A stretch of 64,000 nucleotides of DNA, taken from the IMG/VR virus record IMGVR_UViG_3300045125_000130, one strand, 5' to 3'. Below the pieces are notes generated by a model. The model did no database searches and was not told the origin of the DNA. It was given only the letters and a program-made list of their open reading frames with translations. How positions within the stretch are numbered: the stretch's first letter is position 1; each line of letters starts with the position of its first letter. A program made the position numbers and the translations under genes. The DNA comes from an uncultured virus (IMG/VR IMGVR_UViG_3300045125_000130) (taxonomy: Duplodnaviria; Heunggongvirae; Uroviricota; Caudoviricetes). Shown here piece by piece: positions 27,656-41,558 of this stretch.

Positions 27656-28936
27656 TAAGAATATCCGATAAATAGATTATATTTTGCTGGCATTGGCAGA
27701 TGCTGCAACATTTTCATTTCATTTTCAGCTTTATTAGCTTGTATCTCCGAAAGTTTATCATAAGTTAGGGCATCAAGCTTTGTTATAATTCCAGTATCAC
27801 CGGTTAACAAATCTTTCTTATCTTCTCTGCCTTGAGATATAAGGTCTTCACCATTAAGAGTTAGCTCTGCATTTGAGTATTGGAATACTCTTCATCTTAC
27901 TTCTTACCAAACCAGAAGTTCTTTGCATAGAGCAAGAGTAAAAAGAATAATCCAGTTTCTGCTCCAAGGGTTTAGAGAAGAATACGCTATAAAGCCCATA
28001 GGAAGGTTTACGGTGGCTGTTGACACCGAATATCACAGAGGACGGAGTAGCGGGGTTCTGGAGGCTTCCAGATGCCTGCAATGACCCGCAAAGTAAGTTC
28101 CCATGATGCCGGGAGAAAGCAGAAGGAGGGAAACCAACTCGGATCCATAATTTGTCGTTATAGAATGGAATAAGATTATTTGGAGTTGGGAATAGACGTA
28201 TAGCTGTACCAGCAAGTTTATAAAGAGTAATGAGAACGTCTTACACGGGATGCTGCATCTAACATGCTTGCTCTTAATACGTCTTCAAACAGGGGAAGAA
28301 CATAGAAACGTGTATCTGGGATATAACTCTCTACAGGTAAACCGGTAGCTATGAAGATTAGATGCAAGATTACTATTGAATACGTATTGAATTGGAGCAT
28401 AATGATAAACTTCAAATATTTTCATTCTGCCACGAACATCAAGAGAACCGGTTCCCATATATGCAGCCAATCGATTACCAGCTTCATCTTTTAATTCATT
28501 ATATATATCATAATCTTGGCGTCCAACTTCTAAAGTAATAGAACCAGAATATGATCTGAAGAGATTGACCATATCCTACTTCACTTGCATATGGTTCTGC
28601 CCGTCTTACAAGATATTCAGGTTGGCGCTGAACATAATATGTTAACAAGATTAAGTTGATATTTGCCGGTTGTGGGATCTATAGAACCGGTAGGAGAACC
28701 GAGAAGATAAGCTAAGTTTGATTTAGCCTGATATTCGATCATGATAGCATTGAAATAGAGGGTAGCCTCTTCGAAGCACGCCCAAATCATCTTTTTTGTT
28801 AATTCGACGCTTAATACGTCTTCCCCAAGTTTTCTCAATACAAATGTGACAATTTTATCAGCATCGCTTTGGAAAGCCGGGTCGAATCGAAATACCCAAA
28901 TGGTGTTGGGTTCATTGTGGTAAGGAATGTGCTCAT
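27656..28936 (-). CDS. Neck protein (T4 gp13-like), frameshifted
   Basis: MSTFLTTMNPTPFGYFD.DPAFQSDADKIVTFVLRKLGEDVLSVELTKKMIWACFEEA...GLVRSK..SIPI.N..L.LNGEDLISQGREDK. Confidence 0.75.
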
Positions 28937-28949
28937 GTAGCTAATTAGT

Positions 28950-29528
28950 ATGAGCACTGAGCAAACAACTATTAAAAGCCTATATTCAGGAAATCATCAA
29001 AGAAACATTACAAGCAGAAAAAGCTTCGATGTGTTCGATCTTGACGATCACTCTTCGTTATAACAAATAGCAAAGATTCATATTACCAAAGCTTCTGGAA
29101 AGATTATACACTAACTCCAGCAGAATATGCAGGTTTATGAAAAAGAACCGGGAGATAACTTCGACCATAGCGACTTTTCAAGGTTTAGTAGGTCGCAGCA
29201 GCGCTAGCATGGACAGCCGAAATTCTTAAGAGAGTTATTCATGTACATGGGACAGATGCAGCCGTTATTCTTACTGCTGGATCGTCAGAAGAACCAGCCG
29301 AAGAAGGCCTTCCCGTGTCAATGATATTCCGGAGGGAAATTCCGGTTGTCTGCAGCTAGGAAACCGGCGATCCAGAAGCGAAAGCTCAATGGATTAAAAT
29401 GGTTGCCGCTGAAGTTTGGTTATAAAGAAGTGAGATTAGCTTTGATGATTAGTCCCAAAAATATAGCCGCCGTCAACGTCAAAGTCCCCGGTGTTAAAAT
29501 CATTGCTCGATCATATTAGTTCAGCTGA
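28950..29528 (+). CDS. HAD-superfamily phosphatase (polynucleotide-kinase/RNA-repair HAD-like)
   Basis: VFDLDDTL-type motif I, LTPAEYAVYEKEPGD.FD.SDF, ILTA motif II, DPEAKAQWI (Lys motif III) and FDDSPKN motif IV, across indels. Confidence 0.65.
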
Positions 29529-30709
29529 TTTCTGATCGAGCACCACGACCGATACCATGTTCTTTCGCTCCAAGCCAGCCAGCTAACTCAAGCACATAAC
29601 GACCAAGGACGCTTTTATTTTACACGTTCTTTCATCGTCTGCTATTAACCTATGCCACTCCACATAACTCTCATATCTTCATCTAAAAGGTATAAGAATC
29701 CAAAATCAAGCGGGACGTTCTGCATCCAGAAACCTAATTGTCTTGGCTGGGGATAAACGAAAAAAAAGCCCAGAACCCATCATCAGGTTCCGGCTCAAAC
29801 GCAAATCACTGCCAGACAATTGCTTCTTCGGGACTAACTAATAATACTCTTAAACGTAATGGAACACCACCTAAAGAGGCTTCTGAATGCTCCGCTGATT
29901 CCATATCCGGAATATATCCCTCGCAGTCTGCATAATCCGCGTAAATAGTTCCCTCGCCGTGATAAGCCTTGATATGCGTATCGGAGGATTGATAGTCAAA
30001 TCACCAAATAGGGTAGTAAATACCGTATTATCGTAATCCTTTTTACATATTAGATATTAATACTGTTCTGAGGAAGCCACTGCGCGAGCCATCTTACACG
30101 AAAATATACGCCTACAACGGTATTGGGACCCAAATCTCTATACCGGGAGGATGCTTCGCGCTGCCATGCCTCCCACACGGAGATCATTCTTCATCTTCAT
30201 ATATATCTTTCCCAATCAGAAAAAATAAGTGGCATCCTTATCTTACGGGGACGCCAAAATAAAGATTGCAGAATTCTTCGCTACTTCTTCTGTAAAGCTA
30301 TCGATAGCAGCACTGGCTATGGCGTTCATATTTAGCTCCTCCGTATTAAGTGGCTTAATCGCGAGAAACGCGAAGGCAAGAAAGAAAACAAAGAAAAAGA
30401 GGAAAACGATAAAACGTGCAATCAGTAACAACCTCAAGAAAAAAACTCTGACAAGATGCCTCCCCGCCCTGATGGGACAATCTCATACGCACTGGAAAAT
30501 ATCGAAAATACGACGATTACGACCTACCGAAAAAACCATATCAGTCTCATACAATAGCGACAGCAACACTGCCCATTCGTCTGATAATCCCGTCCAGCAT
30601 TAGGACCACTCTCAACACGTCTGCAGGGCGAGCGCCTTACGATACGTCCAAATACCGACATCGAGCAGGAGATATACGGGTTCCGCAAAACGAAACCGTT
30701 CACCCACCT

Positions 30710-31186
30710 TCACGGAACGAACGAAAGATAAAACGTATTCATATCTAATACCCTACCGGAAAGCGTGGCAGGGGCCTTCTCACCATCACGGCAAAGGCCA
30801 GCATGCCTTCCCTCACCGCCTGAGCGATAACAATGCATTCCAGTCCAGTCCGCGCGACCCGTAGCTGCGACACACGCCGTAACCTGCCCACGCTCGTCAA
30901 AACCAATTGCTCTTTCTGCATTCTTCACTGTCGCATCCAGCCCTCCGCCGCAACTTTCGAGATCGCTATCGTAGAAGGGCAGACCGATATGCGATCCATC
31001 ACTCGTATGCCAGGGACATGCAGCCCTTCACCACGCACATTGGAAGCCGCCGTAACTTGCGGGCACGGACCAGGGGAAGCGTAGCACTGCGAGAGATCCT
31101 CCGAGCCAGACTTCATGCCTACCGCTACCATCGGCATAGCGCCGCACACGAACCTGAACCCACGAACCAACCTTGACGTTCTTCAT
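30710..31186 (-). CDS. GC-rich hypothetical protein (putative early gene)
   Basis: MKNVKVGSWVQVRVRRYADG..., directly after a sigma70-like promoter; frameshifted, 3' end uncertain. Confidence 0.45.
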
Positions 31187-31192
31187 ATTATC

Positions 31193-31221
31193 AGCATAAC
31201 ACGGATTATGGAATATTTCAA
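31193..31221 (-). promoter_or_regulatory. sigma70-like promoter, leaderless
   Basis: TTGAAA-N17-TATGCT-N6-ATG. Confidence 0.65.
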
Positions 31222-31729
31222 AGGGATTATTTTAAGCCCTAAAATCAAGAGGTATTCCTGTATACATGCCGCGGCGGCTTTCATTGCGATTCTTGTTTTC
31301 TAATGAACAACTATCTGTGCCGACCAAGCCTGCACAAATAAGACGCATGCTCTCTCCAAGAATAATAAGCACAAATGCAAGGCTCATATGACATTCCGGA
31401 GGTGCGTCTACTGGCGTTTCTTCCGCCATGACCAGCCGGGAGTGTATATTGTTTCATCTTCGCCTGTACTTCCTAATTACTCATAATTCTTCCGCTGTAT
31501 ATGAGGACAGGATCACGGGTTTTAAACAACCAGGAAACAAGAAGAAGAAGAAAGGGAGTATAAGTTTCCTCATACTCCTAAATATGCCGTTGTTAGAGTT
31601 ATTCGCCGCTTCGCCAGCCGTTCGCTTCTAGCCGCAGCCTCAATATCCATGCCGATAACCATTACAATACTTACCTGTAGCTCCCATTAATCCACACCGA
31701 CGGCTCATGATGACGAAGCAGAGGATGAT

Positions 31730-32262
31730 CCTACCCTTCTTTCTTACCAAGCAGACCCTCAATATCTTCCTTTAGACGAACAAAGTCAGGTCAAAATGAA
31801 GCATGTTCCATGATCTTTGCAGTTCGCTCCACGGCGCTCTCGTCTGCCCGCTGTACGAAGCTTCCGCCTCGGAGCGGGCTGTCTTGATTAGAGCACGCTG
31901 CTCCGGAGGAAGGGCATTAAAATTCCTCACGACGCTGATCAAGCCGCCTACGGCGGCAACCTTCCACTCCTGCTGGGCAGCGATAAGAGCCTGATTAAGT
32001 TCACTGTGGTATCGTGATAGTTGCCCGATCTGCGTGATTAGTGGAGGATGGAAGGACAAATGCTATTTTCTTCTAGCCAAAGTCTGTCCATCATCAGGAA
32101 ATGAACCTTCGAGCGACGCTGCTCTGCTCGCTTCCCAGGCAGGCACGACTGTCCATAAAACGGTAATCACCATGAATAGTTTCGGTATCTGGCGCTTCGG
32201 CAAACACCTTAAATGATGAAGTATCAAAGACGATGAACAGGGGCACTAGGATTATAACTCAT
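31730..32262 (-). CDS. Hypothetical protein (frameshifted)
   Basis: MSYNPSAP... continuing into ORF 31772-32059; preceded by TTGATA-N18-TAATAT-N8-ATG. Confidence 0.4.
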
Positions 32263-32990
32263 ACCTTTTTATATTAACATAAAAGGACTTTAAATATCAA
32301 CTATTTTATTTTCCCCTTACTTTATAGGGTTTAAATTCTGCTTTAATAAGCATTAATCGTGTTCAACTCATTAGGCGAAGGGACATCTGGTTTCCCTTCT
32401 GGAACATGCACCTTTACGGTTTTGCTAAAGCGTTCTAAATCTTTTCCTATATTACTTTCTTCAAAGCTGTAAGGACAACGAGTTAGGTTCAAGAAAGAAT
32501 ATTCTTCTAAATCTGGTTCCATTTCTCTTTATTATAACCCGCCGTTTCATCATGTAACAAATACTAGCCCATTCTCCTTTTTCGGTTTTCATACTTTCGA
32601 AATCCATATGGTGCAGGAGTAATCAGAGGATGATATCTGTTGGCACGTCTTCATTTAAGGGTTTCCCCATTAGGCAAATAATAGTATCAGCTATTTTTGC
32701 ACCATTGTATACAAATAGAAAAGGACGCAGAGTGTTTCTGCTATAATTTGATTTCATTATCTATCAGATAAAGTTCGAGTCAAGGACATTACCTGATTCA
32801 AACAAAGTCATTACGACCATTCCTCTACTATGCCGCTATGGCGGGTCATTACGCCCTTACGTGGGTGAGTCCTCCTGAGGCGTAGATGGCTGGGTAGATC
32901 CATTGAACATGGTACATCGATATAACCAGGACTCAAAGGACGTGTTTACCAGCAGACCGATAGGATCTTGTTCTTCAGGAAATATGGATC

Positions 32991-34660
32991 TTACAAGACA
33001 TTAACAGTTATTGAACGCGTACCGACGTTTCTGCCTACAGTTATACTGTCACGAACTTGATATCTGGTCCGGAACGTCAAAGCTGGCTTCTGGTTCAAGA
33101 TGCTCAGGATGAGTTTTGACGTCTGGTACGTGACGAGGAAGTTTGCCGGAACCTGAAGGGTCTTCTTTGTAGATGTTTTGCAACGTCAAGTTGTGTCTCG
33201 ATAAGTGTCTGGTACCACTCGCCGGACGTTGGTAGTGCCGTGAAGATCCCATGGAAGTGAAGGCCTACCGACCTCTGCGCCGGTGACTTGTTGACGGTGT
33301 CTGCCTGGAACTGCGGGACCAAATAAAGTTTGCGCTCAAACTTGGTAAGAAGGTCATTAAGGATCTCCACGGTCAGTTTTGAGGTGATCATCTCAGAGAG
33401 AATGTTCGCTAATCGACTGAATATCAGTCAGGTAAAAAGGCAGTGGTCACCGAAACATCTCTGGTGACCAACGAGCACGAAGCAGGTCATTGATTACTGG
33501 GATTCGATTCGATACGGATATCAACTGGGATAACTGGGCTAGTGCGTGAAGAGAAGTTAAACTCGAGAAAGGATGGGATCGTGAGGATCATATCAGGGTT
33601 AACTGATTCTGCATCTGTTGAGTTGCTGCGGTCGCGGCTGCTGCGGTACTGCTTTATGAACTGCGCCAGTGTATTATTACGAAGAACGAACAATACGTGG
33701 GAGCCGTTAAGTGGGTCTGGCGTAAAGACAGAACCATTCCAGTTACCGCGGCGGTTCAACTTACGGGTGAGTACGCCGGTACCACCTTGATATTGCTCGC
33801 CCCCATGCTGCAACGCCGTTAGCTGTTGGGAAGCGCCTGTAAGAGCAACTTGGTCAAGATTTGCCAGATCCGGCGCCAGCTGCGTACCCTGATGTGCGAT
33901 TTGTGCTGCTGATACGTACATGAAGCAGTGAATCTGAAGCGCGCCGTCCCGTGAGATCGGTGCTCAACCTTCACCATCGTAGTTGCAGCGTAGCGTGCAT
34001 TGAAGCCAACGAAACTCTGCTGCTGTTGCAACGGTGTCTGCTGCCGTCAGGTTGCGCCTGTTGCGCCCCATGCACCGATATCGGCATTAGAAGCTGAAAA
34101 GGTTTACGAAGGAGCGATGAACCTTGGAGTACGGCATTGCCGACGAGGATCGCCCACATACCACCAGTTGCAAGAGATCCAGAACGGACGCCTGCCTGCA
34201 GTAGTTCATATGGAGTGATTGACCATCGGTGTATGCAGATGAATACTGCACCTTTCAGTTGATTAAGCACCTGCTGCATACCGACGTTATTACCGTAGGT
34301 GTAATCGAGGTAGAAAGTAGATGGCTGGAGCTCCATTGGCTGAACGGATACGATCAGTTGGCGGTAAACCAGCGATACTCTACGAACAAGTTAAGGAAGA
34401 ACGTAACGTTTGTGAAGACCTTCCATAATGAAGGAAGCAGTGAGAAGCACCACCACCCAGTGAAAGTGAGATTTTGGTTTTCTTAAGGCTCTACCTGTAG
34501 TTTCAAATGGGCTGAAGCCCATGTTGTGCTTAATGATTCCCTTAAGACCTTCGGGAAGAATTTGGTTTGTACCCTTTTCTTCATAAGACGTGGGGCATCT
34601 GCATGAAAGGGAACGACGGTGAACGCCTTCAGCCTATATTAACGATAATGTAACGTTTCT
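32991..34660 (-). CDS. Major capsid protein (T4 gp23-like), badly error-damaged
   Basis: LAEGVHRRSL...GFTNV.F..VRRV.AGL.AN..VSVQPM..P....FYLDYTYG; IPVDIRIES; ITSEI..EIL.DLLT; EWYQTLIET; AAGAGGAG SD at ~34670. The start codon is corrupted in the read. Confidence 0.8.
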
Positions 34661-34689
34661 TTCTTTATACTCCTCTTAGTTTTATTTAA

Positions 34690-36740
34690 TTGACTTTAAT
34701 CGTACTTTCAATTGTCAGCTAGGATCTGCCGTTATACCAAACGTTCCGATTACCGGATCTGCGGAGACCACCTGACTGAGTTGCAGCTCTTGTGACGCTC
34801 TCATTGAGGCGTTGCGCTGCAGCAGATCGTTGGCTTTGATGCCGAACCAACTACAGGAGACAGTTTGCGCTTTGCCGCCTTCATCGAACTTTTTAATACA
34901 ATCTTTCCGTAGATATCCTTTAGCTTCTGTAGTAGTCGATGAAGCACGATCAAAGGTTGCTCTACGATTTGTTGCTTAACCTTGCGGCCTAAGGTCACTT
35001 CTCTCACAAGGGAACTTGTTTCGAGATCGCTCGAGCTTTGGGAGGAAAAGGTTTGTCTCTGCCATTTCAGTCTTTAAGTGTGGCAGCTTCTGCACGCTTT
35101 GCATTCTGCAAGAACGGCGTGCCCCCAACTTCACGGGTACGAGCTTCAAGAAGGGCTTTACGAACCCGGCGGAGATTCCATCAAGGAACGCTTCTTCCAT
35201 CTCCTTCTGTACCTCGCCCTCTTCGTCAGTAAGAAGCATTTCTTCTTCTTCTGAGCCCATATCTTCGCCTTCTTCATCGGAAGAACTTGCCATCTAGAAT
35301 CAGACTACTTCTTCTTCGGCGCCATCTCTTCGTCCTCTTCACCGGAGAACATAAGATCGACGCTGAGGTCCTTCGTCAGCAAGCTGTTCTTCTACTTCAG
35401 ATGGAGCTCAACTGAAAGAACCATATCTTCATCCATGCCAGCAACGGTAAGTTTCGTGTCTGCACGACCTTCACGGCTTTGCTACAGCCTTACGGAGAGC
35501 GGCTTCATTTATTTCAAAGTAACCAGAATCTTTAACTGCTGATGGAAGTTCTTCTGGACGTTCTTCATGTGCATCAAGTTCATCACGAAGTGCAGCTTGA
35601 ATTTCTTCCATAGAGCTTCTTCCCATGCGCCCTCTTCTCCTTCAAGTCCTTCAAGTTCGGATGCATCTACTGAACCAGCAGCGGGCATGATGTTTCAACA
35701 GTCTTGCTACCAGCTAAATAGATCAGCTTGAACGCCGTCTACTTTTTGAGCGTGAGCTGTTGCCTTTTGTGAACTGGTACACCAGTTTCACCAGAAGATT
35801 TACTATCTTGTGCAAGACGTTCTTCGTCTGCGCTTTCGAAAAGTTTTGCTGCCTAGAATTCTTTGAGAGTTGTCATAGTTGTGTCCTTATCCTTTGTTTT
35901 ATAACTATTATTCAAATTTGCTTCTTTCAAATGTAAGAACAAAAAATTCAATCTATTTTCATTCAATTGTGCTTGTCTTGGCGTCATTGCCTTATTCGCA
36001 GCAAGTTTATCAAGCTGCTCTAATAATGAAAAAAGCTTGGTTTTATAGGCATCTTTTGTAAGAGCCGAAACTTTTGTTGTGTATATGCGATCAATCTTTA
36101 CTGCCATTTCAGCAAGTTGACGTTCGCCATGTTTGCTGTTTTTATTTCAGCCAACGGTGCTGGCGCTACTGGGTTTGGCGTCACTTCTTCTTCAGCAGCC
36201 GCACCAGCAGTTTCTGGAGCAGGTGGAGGTCCAGCATCTGCTGGCGGCTCGGCGCTCGGTGGTTCAGCGGAGGTGGAGGCAGGAGAACTGCTTCAGTAGA
36301 TCAGTAAGAGACAATCGGAGCTTCGGTTTCAGCATCCATTGAAGACGTGGTATCCATTCCTTCCGGACTTACTATTTCTTCTGAAGGTTTGTCAGCAAAT
36401 AAATCATCAAAATCAATAACTGGTTTGCCTCCGGAGGAGGCTCTCCCTGAGTTACATCAACTTTGTCTCCATTGTCTCTCACACTGTAGCTGCTTAACTG
36501 GAACTTCACTCGGTTCGGCGTTTCCGAAGATGCGGCGAGGCTTCAGGCGCTGCTTCCTCTAGCATCTGAAGAAATTGGTTCTTCTTCGTTCCAAGGAAGA
36601 ACATTCAGAAGCATGTGCCATTATCATTTTTTAATATATGGAGATATTTGTTCTAAGATTGCATTTTTTGCATCTTGCTCTGCAATATCTCTAATTTCTT
36701 GCGGCGTCTCGCTATCGCTTTCTTTGTATATATCACTCAT
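34690..36740 (-). CDS. Prohead scaffold/core protein (acidic, frameshifted)
   Basis: MSDIYKE...EIREIAEQDAKNAILEQISPYIKKMI; Pro/Ala- and Glu-rich middle; C-terminal EMAETNLFL...KVKQQIVE.LD.A....EAKDIY; directly upstream of the capsid gene. Confidence 0.65.
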
Positions 36741-36754
36741 TTTTCCTCCACTGA

Positions 36755-37251
36755 TGTGCGGAGTAGAAGTACCCTTGAAAGTAAGCTTCCAACCTTTGAT
36801 TTGAAATAACTACTGTCGTATCTTTTGGTTTTGCTAATCCGAAAAAATCGCCTGGGAAAAGGCACCGCCAGATCCTTTGGCAAGTTCTGTAGGCTTCAAC
36901 ACCGGAGGCAGGAATGTCTGCTGATTTTGTCCAGTTGGAGGAGGAGGCAATATTTGGAGCGTATGGAGAACCGGGAAGTCCTCCACCACCAACTTCTACA
37001 TCTGCCACTATTTGGGGCGCCGGTATAACTTAAATCAACGGTTCCAAAGCATCGTCCACCATCATTAACTAATGTTGCATCAGTAACAATATTCATATAT
37101 CGATTTTTTGCAAGCGTCATCGGTTAAATCTCCGGAATAAACAGGAGAACCAGGAAAAGCTGCTTGAAGAACAGCTAAATTAGATTTACCAGAACCTCCA
37201 GTCATTCTGTCGGCGGGCGGCTCTACCATTATTTGTCTACGTGCTGGCATA
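36755..37251 (-). CDS. Hypothetical head-module protein
   Basis: MPARRQIMVEPP...AAFPGSPVY...VGGGGLPGSPYAPNIAS. Confidence 0.55.
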
Positions 37252-37318
37252 TATCATTCCTTTACTAACAACTAAATATGTTTCAAATATAACTGGTTGC
37301 TAACAAATGATTATTTAT

Positions 37319-37843
37319 TATATTTACCAAATGCTAATTAGCCCAATGAGATACGTCTCCAGATGGAGCAATCGTAGCACTTGTGGAGCAACTTCTTCTT
37401 GTACGCCTTGCATACCAGCAGCAGCCATTGACCATAACCACCAGTTTCTTGATGGATCTTGTGCCATTTGTTGTGGAAGAGTATTTATCCGTTGTCATCT
37501 GCAAAGATGCCGCATAAGCATTTGCTGCTTTGTATCACCTTTACTCATTTGAGAAGAAGTAGTTTCAATAAGCTTTTAAGATTTTCATTCATTGGCATAT
37601 CTGATACTTCTTCAGAGTTACCAGAGAATTCATTGTATCCTGCCATACGAGCTGCTAAACTCCTAGCTCTTGCGACATCAACAGGATTTTTTTAGATACC
37701 ATATCGTTTGAAGCAACTCGAGGGTTTGATTTTACAGCATTTGAAATTTCTTCGGTTAAAACTTCATTAAATGCACCTTCTTTTACCAGTTCACGGATGC
37801 ATTCTTTAATCATGGATTTAAGTTCTGTCTTAGTAAGCTTCAT
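37319..37843 (-). CDS. Hypothetical head-module protein
   Basis: MKLTKTELKSMIKECIRELVKEG ... IFADD ... GDVSHWANLAFGK*. Confidence 0.55.
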
Positions 37844-38444
37844 AGACGACCCTTCTTAATTCCAAGAATATCATTTACAATTCTATCTAAACGATCACTC
37901 TTGGAGAATATTTTATTAAGAATACGAGGATCTACTTCTTTTGCCTCACGCATCATATATGCACCCAGGAGTTGATGGTTCTGAAACCAAGTCCCAACAG
38001 ATAAGATGAAGGTCATCTTGAACGATATCTGCATCTCCACGGCTTCTTACAGAACCAAGAGCACGAGATGAAATACCAATCTTTACATTACTTTCAATAA
38101 GATTACGTGCAATGTTACCCATTGGAGTTGGAAGAATTTCAATCTTGCCAAAGATAACTTCATCATCTGCCCAGATATCTGTGATAAGATGGAAACATTC
38201 TTTAAGTTAACAACTGGATCGTCAGCATGATCAAGTTCACCCATAGCTCGGCGCTCCTGCACTACTTTACGATAATTTTCTACTTCCTTGAAGAGAATAT
38301 CTTTTGGATAGATACGTCCGTTCTGGTTAAGAGTATCTGCACGCTGAATACGCCTTTAACAAATAATTTGCCAGGGCGACCATCAACTGCATCCTCTTTG
38401 ATGATCTCATAGTTAAATTCCTTAAATTCTTTTAATAGCTTCAT
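37840..38444 (-). CDS. Prohead maturation protease (T4 gp21-like)
   Basis: VKGVxQRADTLNQNGRIYPK...AMGELDH...VNLKNVSH...GKIEILPTPMG...GISSRALGSV...WDLVSEPSTPGAY. Confidence 0.9.
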
Positions 38445-39334
38445 ACTTTACTTTCCATCTCTTCCTTAAGTTTTGCAATCGACAAATAAAAAGTAATGTT
38501 TTCATCATTGTGATTAGTTACATTTGAGTAATCATTTTCTAGTAAATGCAATATATCATTCATTTTTTTACGTAATGGCAATTCGTATCCTTCAACAATC
38601 ACAGTTTTTTTCAACGTACTAATAAGACTATTACGCAAATTTTTCCAAAAAAAATGACTGTCGGCTCTTTTTGTTTTTTTGATGTATTTCGTTCGGAAAA
38701 AGTATATAGATTAATAATGAGCCTTGTGTTTCATTTAAAAATATAGCTGTACTTTGCATTAAATTTTTTCGGTCATCAGTTTGAGGACCAAGTTATCAAC
38801 TTGCTCAGAAGTAACTCCGGAAGCATCAATCGACGTATTGTTTTTATTTTCCTGCGTACCATGATTTAAAACCGGATTTCTTCTAATGAAATTAATCTTG
38901 ATAAATCCTCCTTAAATCCTGTAGCCTCGCCAAGCGTTCATTAATACTTGTATCGATGCGTAAGATTTATAGTCGGGGATATTTTTTCAAAAAACAACTT
39001 ATCATTCAATAAACTATTAACTTCATTTATTAGTTGTTCTTTTTCTTTATCTAACGCATTTTGCTTTTTGATTTTTACATATATTTCTAGTTCTTTCAAA
39101 AAGACTTAAAGCCAATTCTTTAGAACCAACATTAGTATCATGTAATGCATTAAATATTTGAAGTTCTTTATAGGATTCTGAATTAGGATGAACGTGCGTT
39201 TCCCATATTTTTTTTGCTTTTTCGATATCATCATGACGACCATCTAGAAAAGCTTCACCTATATAGCGGGAAAAGAACTCACTTAATAATCCAATGTTAC
39301 GTTTTTTATTATGCTTAATTTCCATTAAAATCAC
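38441..39334 (-). CDS. Conserved head-module hypothetical protein between portal and protease
   Basis: MEIKHNKKRNIGLLSEFFSR...PDYKSYASI...; ORF fragments 39047-39334 and 38441-38638. Confidence 0.65.
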
Positions 39335-39388
39335 CTATTCTTTTACAGGTCAATTCTCTTATAAATAGAGAACTTATATTAAAATATA

Positions 39389-41525
39389 TCAATCTTCTAG
39401 GTTGCTTAAATCAATATCGTCCTTGTCAGAAGATTGTTCCAGAATTTTGCAAAGCCTCTACAAATATTTCATTTTCTGTCATTTTCATCTCAAATATAAG
39501 TTCTTCATCGGTATTCGAACGGGATTTTAAGTCATCAAAACTAACGTCATTTTCAGTCAATATTTTTTACGTCTTTGTCCAATGGAATTGAAATATTCAT
39601 CCAGTTTACTTTTAAGACGCAATATTTCATGACTTATAACTGGCGGAGCCTTATAAACCTGTTCTTCCGTGTCAAGTTTAAAATCAATGGTTTCAAGTAA
39701 TTTTTACTTTGACTTAAATTTATGGTTTCTTTATCATTAATATCGGTCATATAACGATTATTGGCAGAAACCATATCTTTTAGATTTGGCATGGCAATAT
39801 TGTTTTTACCACCTTGTCCGACACGGCGGCGCTCATTATGGCGAGCTGCTGAAATAAACGGAGTAGCTTTGATTGGTAAAGTGTTTGATGCTGCATCTGG
39901 AGAAGCTGAAGGCTGTCCAGCAACTTCGACGCCACTTGTTGCAACAGCTTGCATATCAGTAGAAATATTTGTTGGTTGTTGATTTGTGTTTGCATCACCA
40001 CCAGTGGTTCTCCAATAGGAGGATTTTTCTTAACACCGGCTCCAGGCATAGTGTAGTTGCTTGGATCAAATGGATCTGTTGTTGGATTTTTCTGTGGAAG
40101 ATTTTCTTTAACAGCTATAGCCTCAATTTCAACTTCACGTATACGATCTCTACGTATACCTGCTTCAATTTGATTATATCGTCTTCGGTAAGATCAAGTA
40201 TTTTCTTTTGTATCCAATCTTGATCAACAATCTTGGTTTCTTTTGCTTTTGGCGGCAATATCAAACTTAGTTGACATTGCTTCCATTTGTTGCATTGCTA
40301 CGGTGGACGGATTGCTTAACTTAAGTTCAAAAGCAATAAGATCCTCACCATCAAATCCTTTGGAGTAGAGATGAACCATTGCCAACTTATTAAGCTCACT
40401 TATAATAACTCTCTGAAGAACAGACACCGTTCTAGAGAAACGAATATCCTGTTGGGCAAGAGATGCTTTAGCAGACAAGTTTTCGTCAAAGTTCAAGTAA
40501 GGCTTTGGCACTTGAATAGCAGCAAACAACTTCTGCTGAAGATACTTTACGTCATCTACGGCGGTGGCGTTTTGTCCACCAGCTAGGGTTTCAATCTTTG
40601 TTCCAGTTTGACCGCCACGAACAGGAATGAAATAATCTTCGATCAATGCTTAATGGATTATAACGTTGATCCATTCTACCATTAGTTCTGTCTACAACGT
40701 CTCGAGAACGCATGGTTTGTTTAACAGCTTCCATATATGAAGGGACATCATTAGGCGCTACGTTACCAACGTCGATATAGAAAACACGACGTTCGGGTGA
40801 ACGAACAACACGATAAACTAACATGCTGTCTTCCATCATCATAAGCTGACGCCAAATTCTTCTTGCTGGTTCAAGTATTGAAGTACCATATGGCAAGAAT
40901 AAATCATTGCCAAGAACTCTCATATGAGTTACTTGCCAGTTCTCAAGGTACCTATTCCCTCTTGTAAGCCATTTATAACGAACAGCATATGGATCATGCT
41001 GATCAAATCCTTCCTCACGTTCTAGCTCGTTTGCAGGGATTGGCTGGACATTAACAATACCAATATCCGGAATAACTTCGTTATAAAGAAAGAAATCTCC
41101 ATATTTGACCATTCCGGATCCAAGGACGAAGATTAAAGTCTATATTAAGAATATAGAACAACTCTTCAAGAGCTTCTTTAACTTCTGGGTTCTTTGAATA
41201 TAAGTGAAAAGCTTTTCCTTTTTCGTCGCCGGCAGCAGTTTCATCTGCGAAAATATTTAGGGCAGCAGCAATCTCTGGCTGATATTCCATTTCAGCAATC
41301 TAGAGTAACGAGCCATACGGTCAAGAATACCATATGCTCCGAGAACAGAGAAGGGAGAACTTTCACGACCAAATGGGAATGGTCCACGATAACCTAGATT
41401 ACCACGGACAAGCTGATTGTCGTAATAGCTCTTATAGTCATATCCTTTGACACGACGTTGAATTGCGGGTCCAGACCGGAATACTTCGGTTAGTCTGGAG
41501 AAAATGGATCATTTCGATTGGCCAA
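39389..41525 (-). CDS. Portal protein (T4 gp20-like) with long C-terminal extension
   Basis: MEYQPEIAAALNIFADE, MVKYGDFFL, PYGTSILEPARRIWRQL.MMEDSMLVYRVVRSPERRVFYIDVGN, EDYFIPVRGG..GTKIETLAGG. Confidence 0.92.
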
Positions 41526-41558
41526 TGTCAATTACTTCTTCGTGAATGTAATTATTGA

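Noticed and set aside
29530..30700. Possible additional genes here and at 32300-32990 and 53130-53740
   Set aside because: Coding-like, but too damaged or featureless to assign frames, bounds or functions with support.
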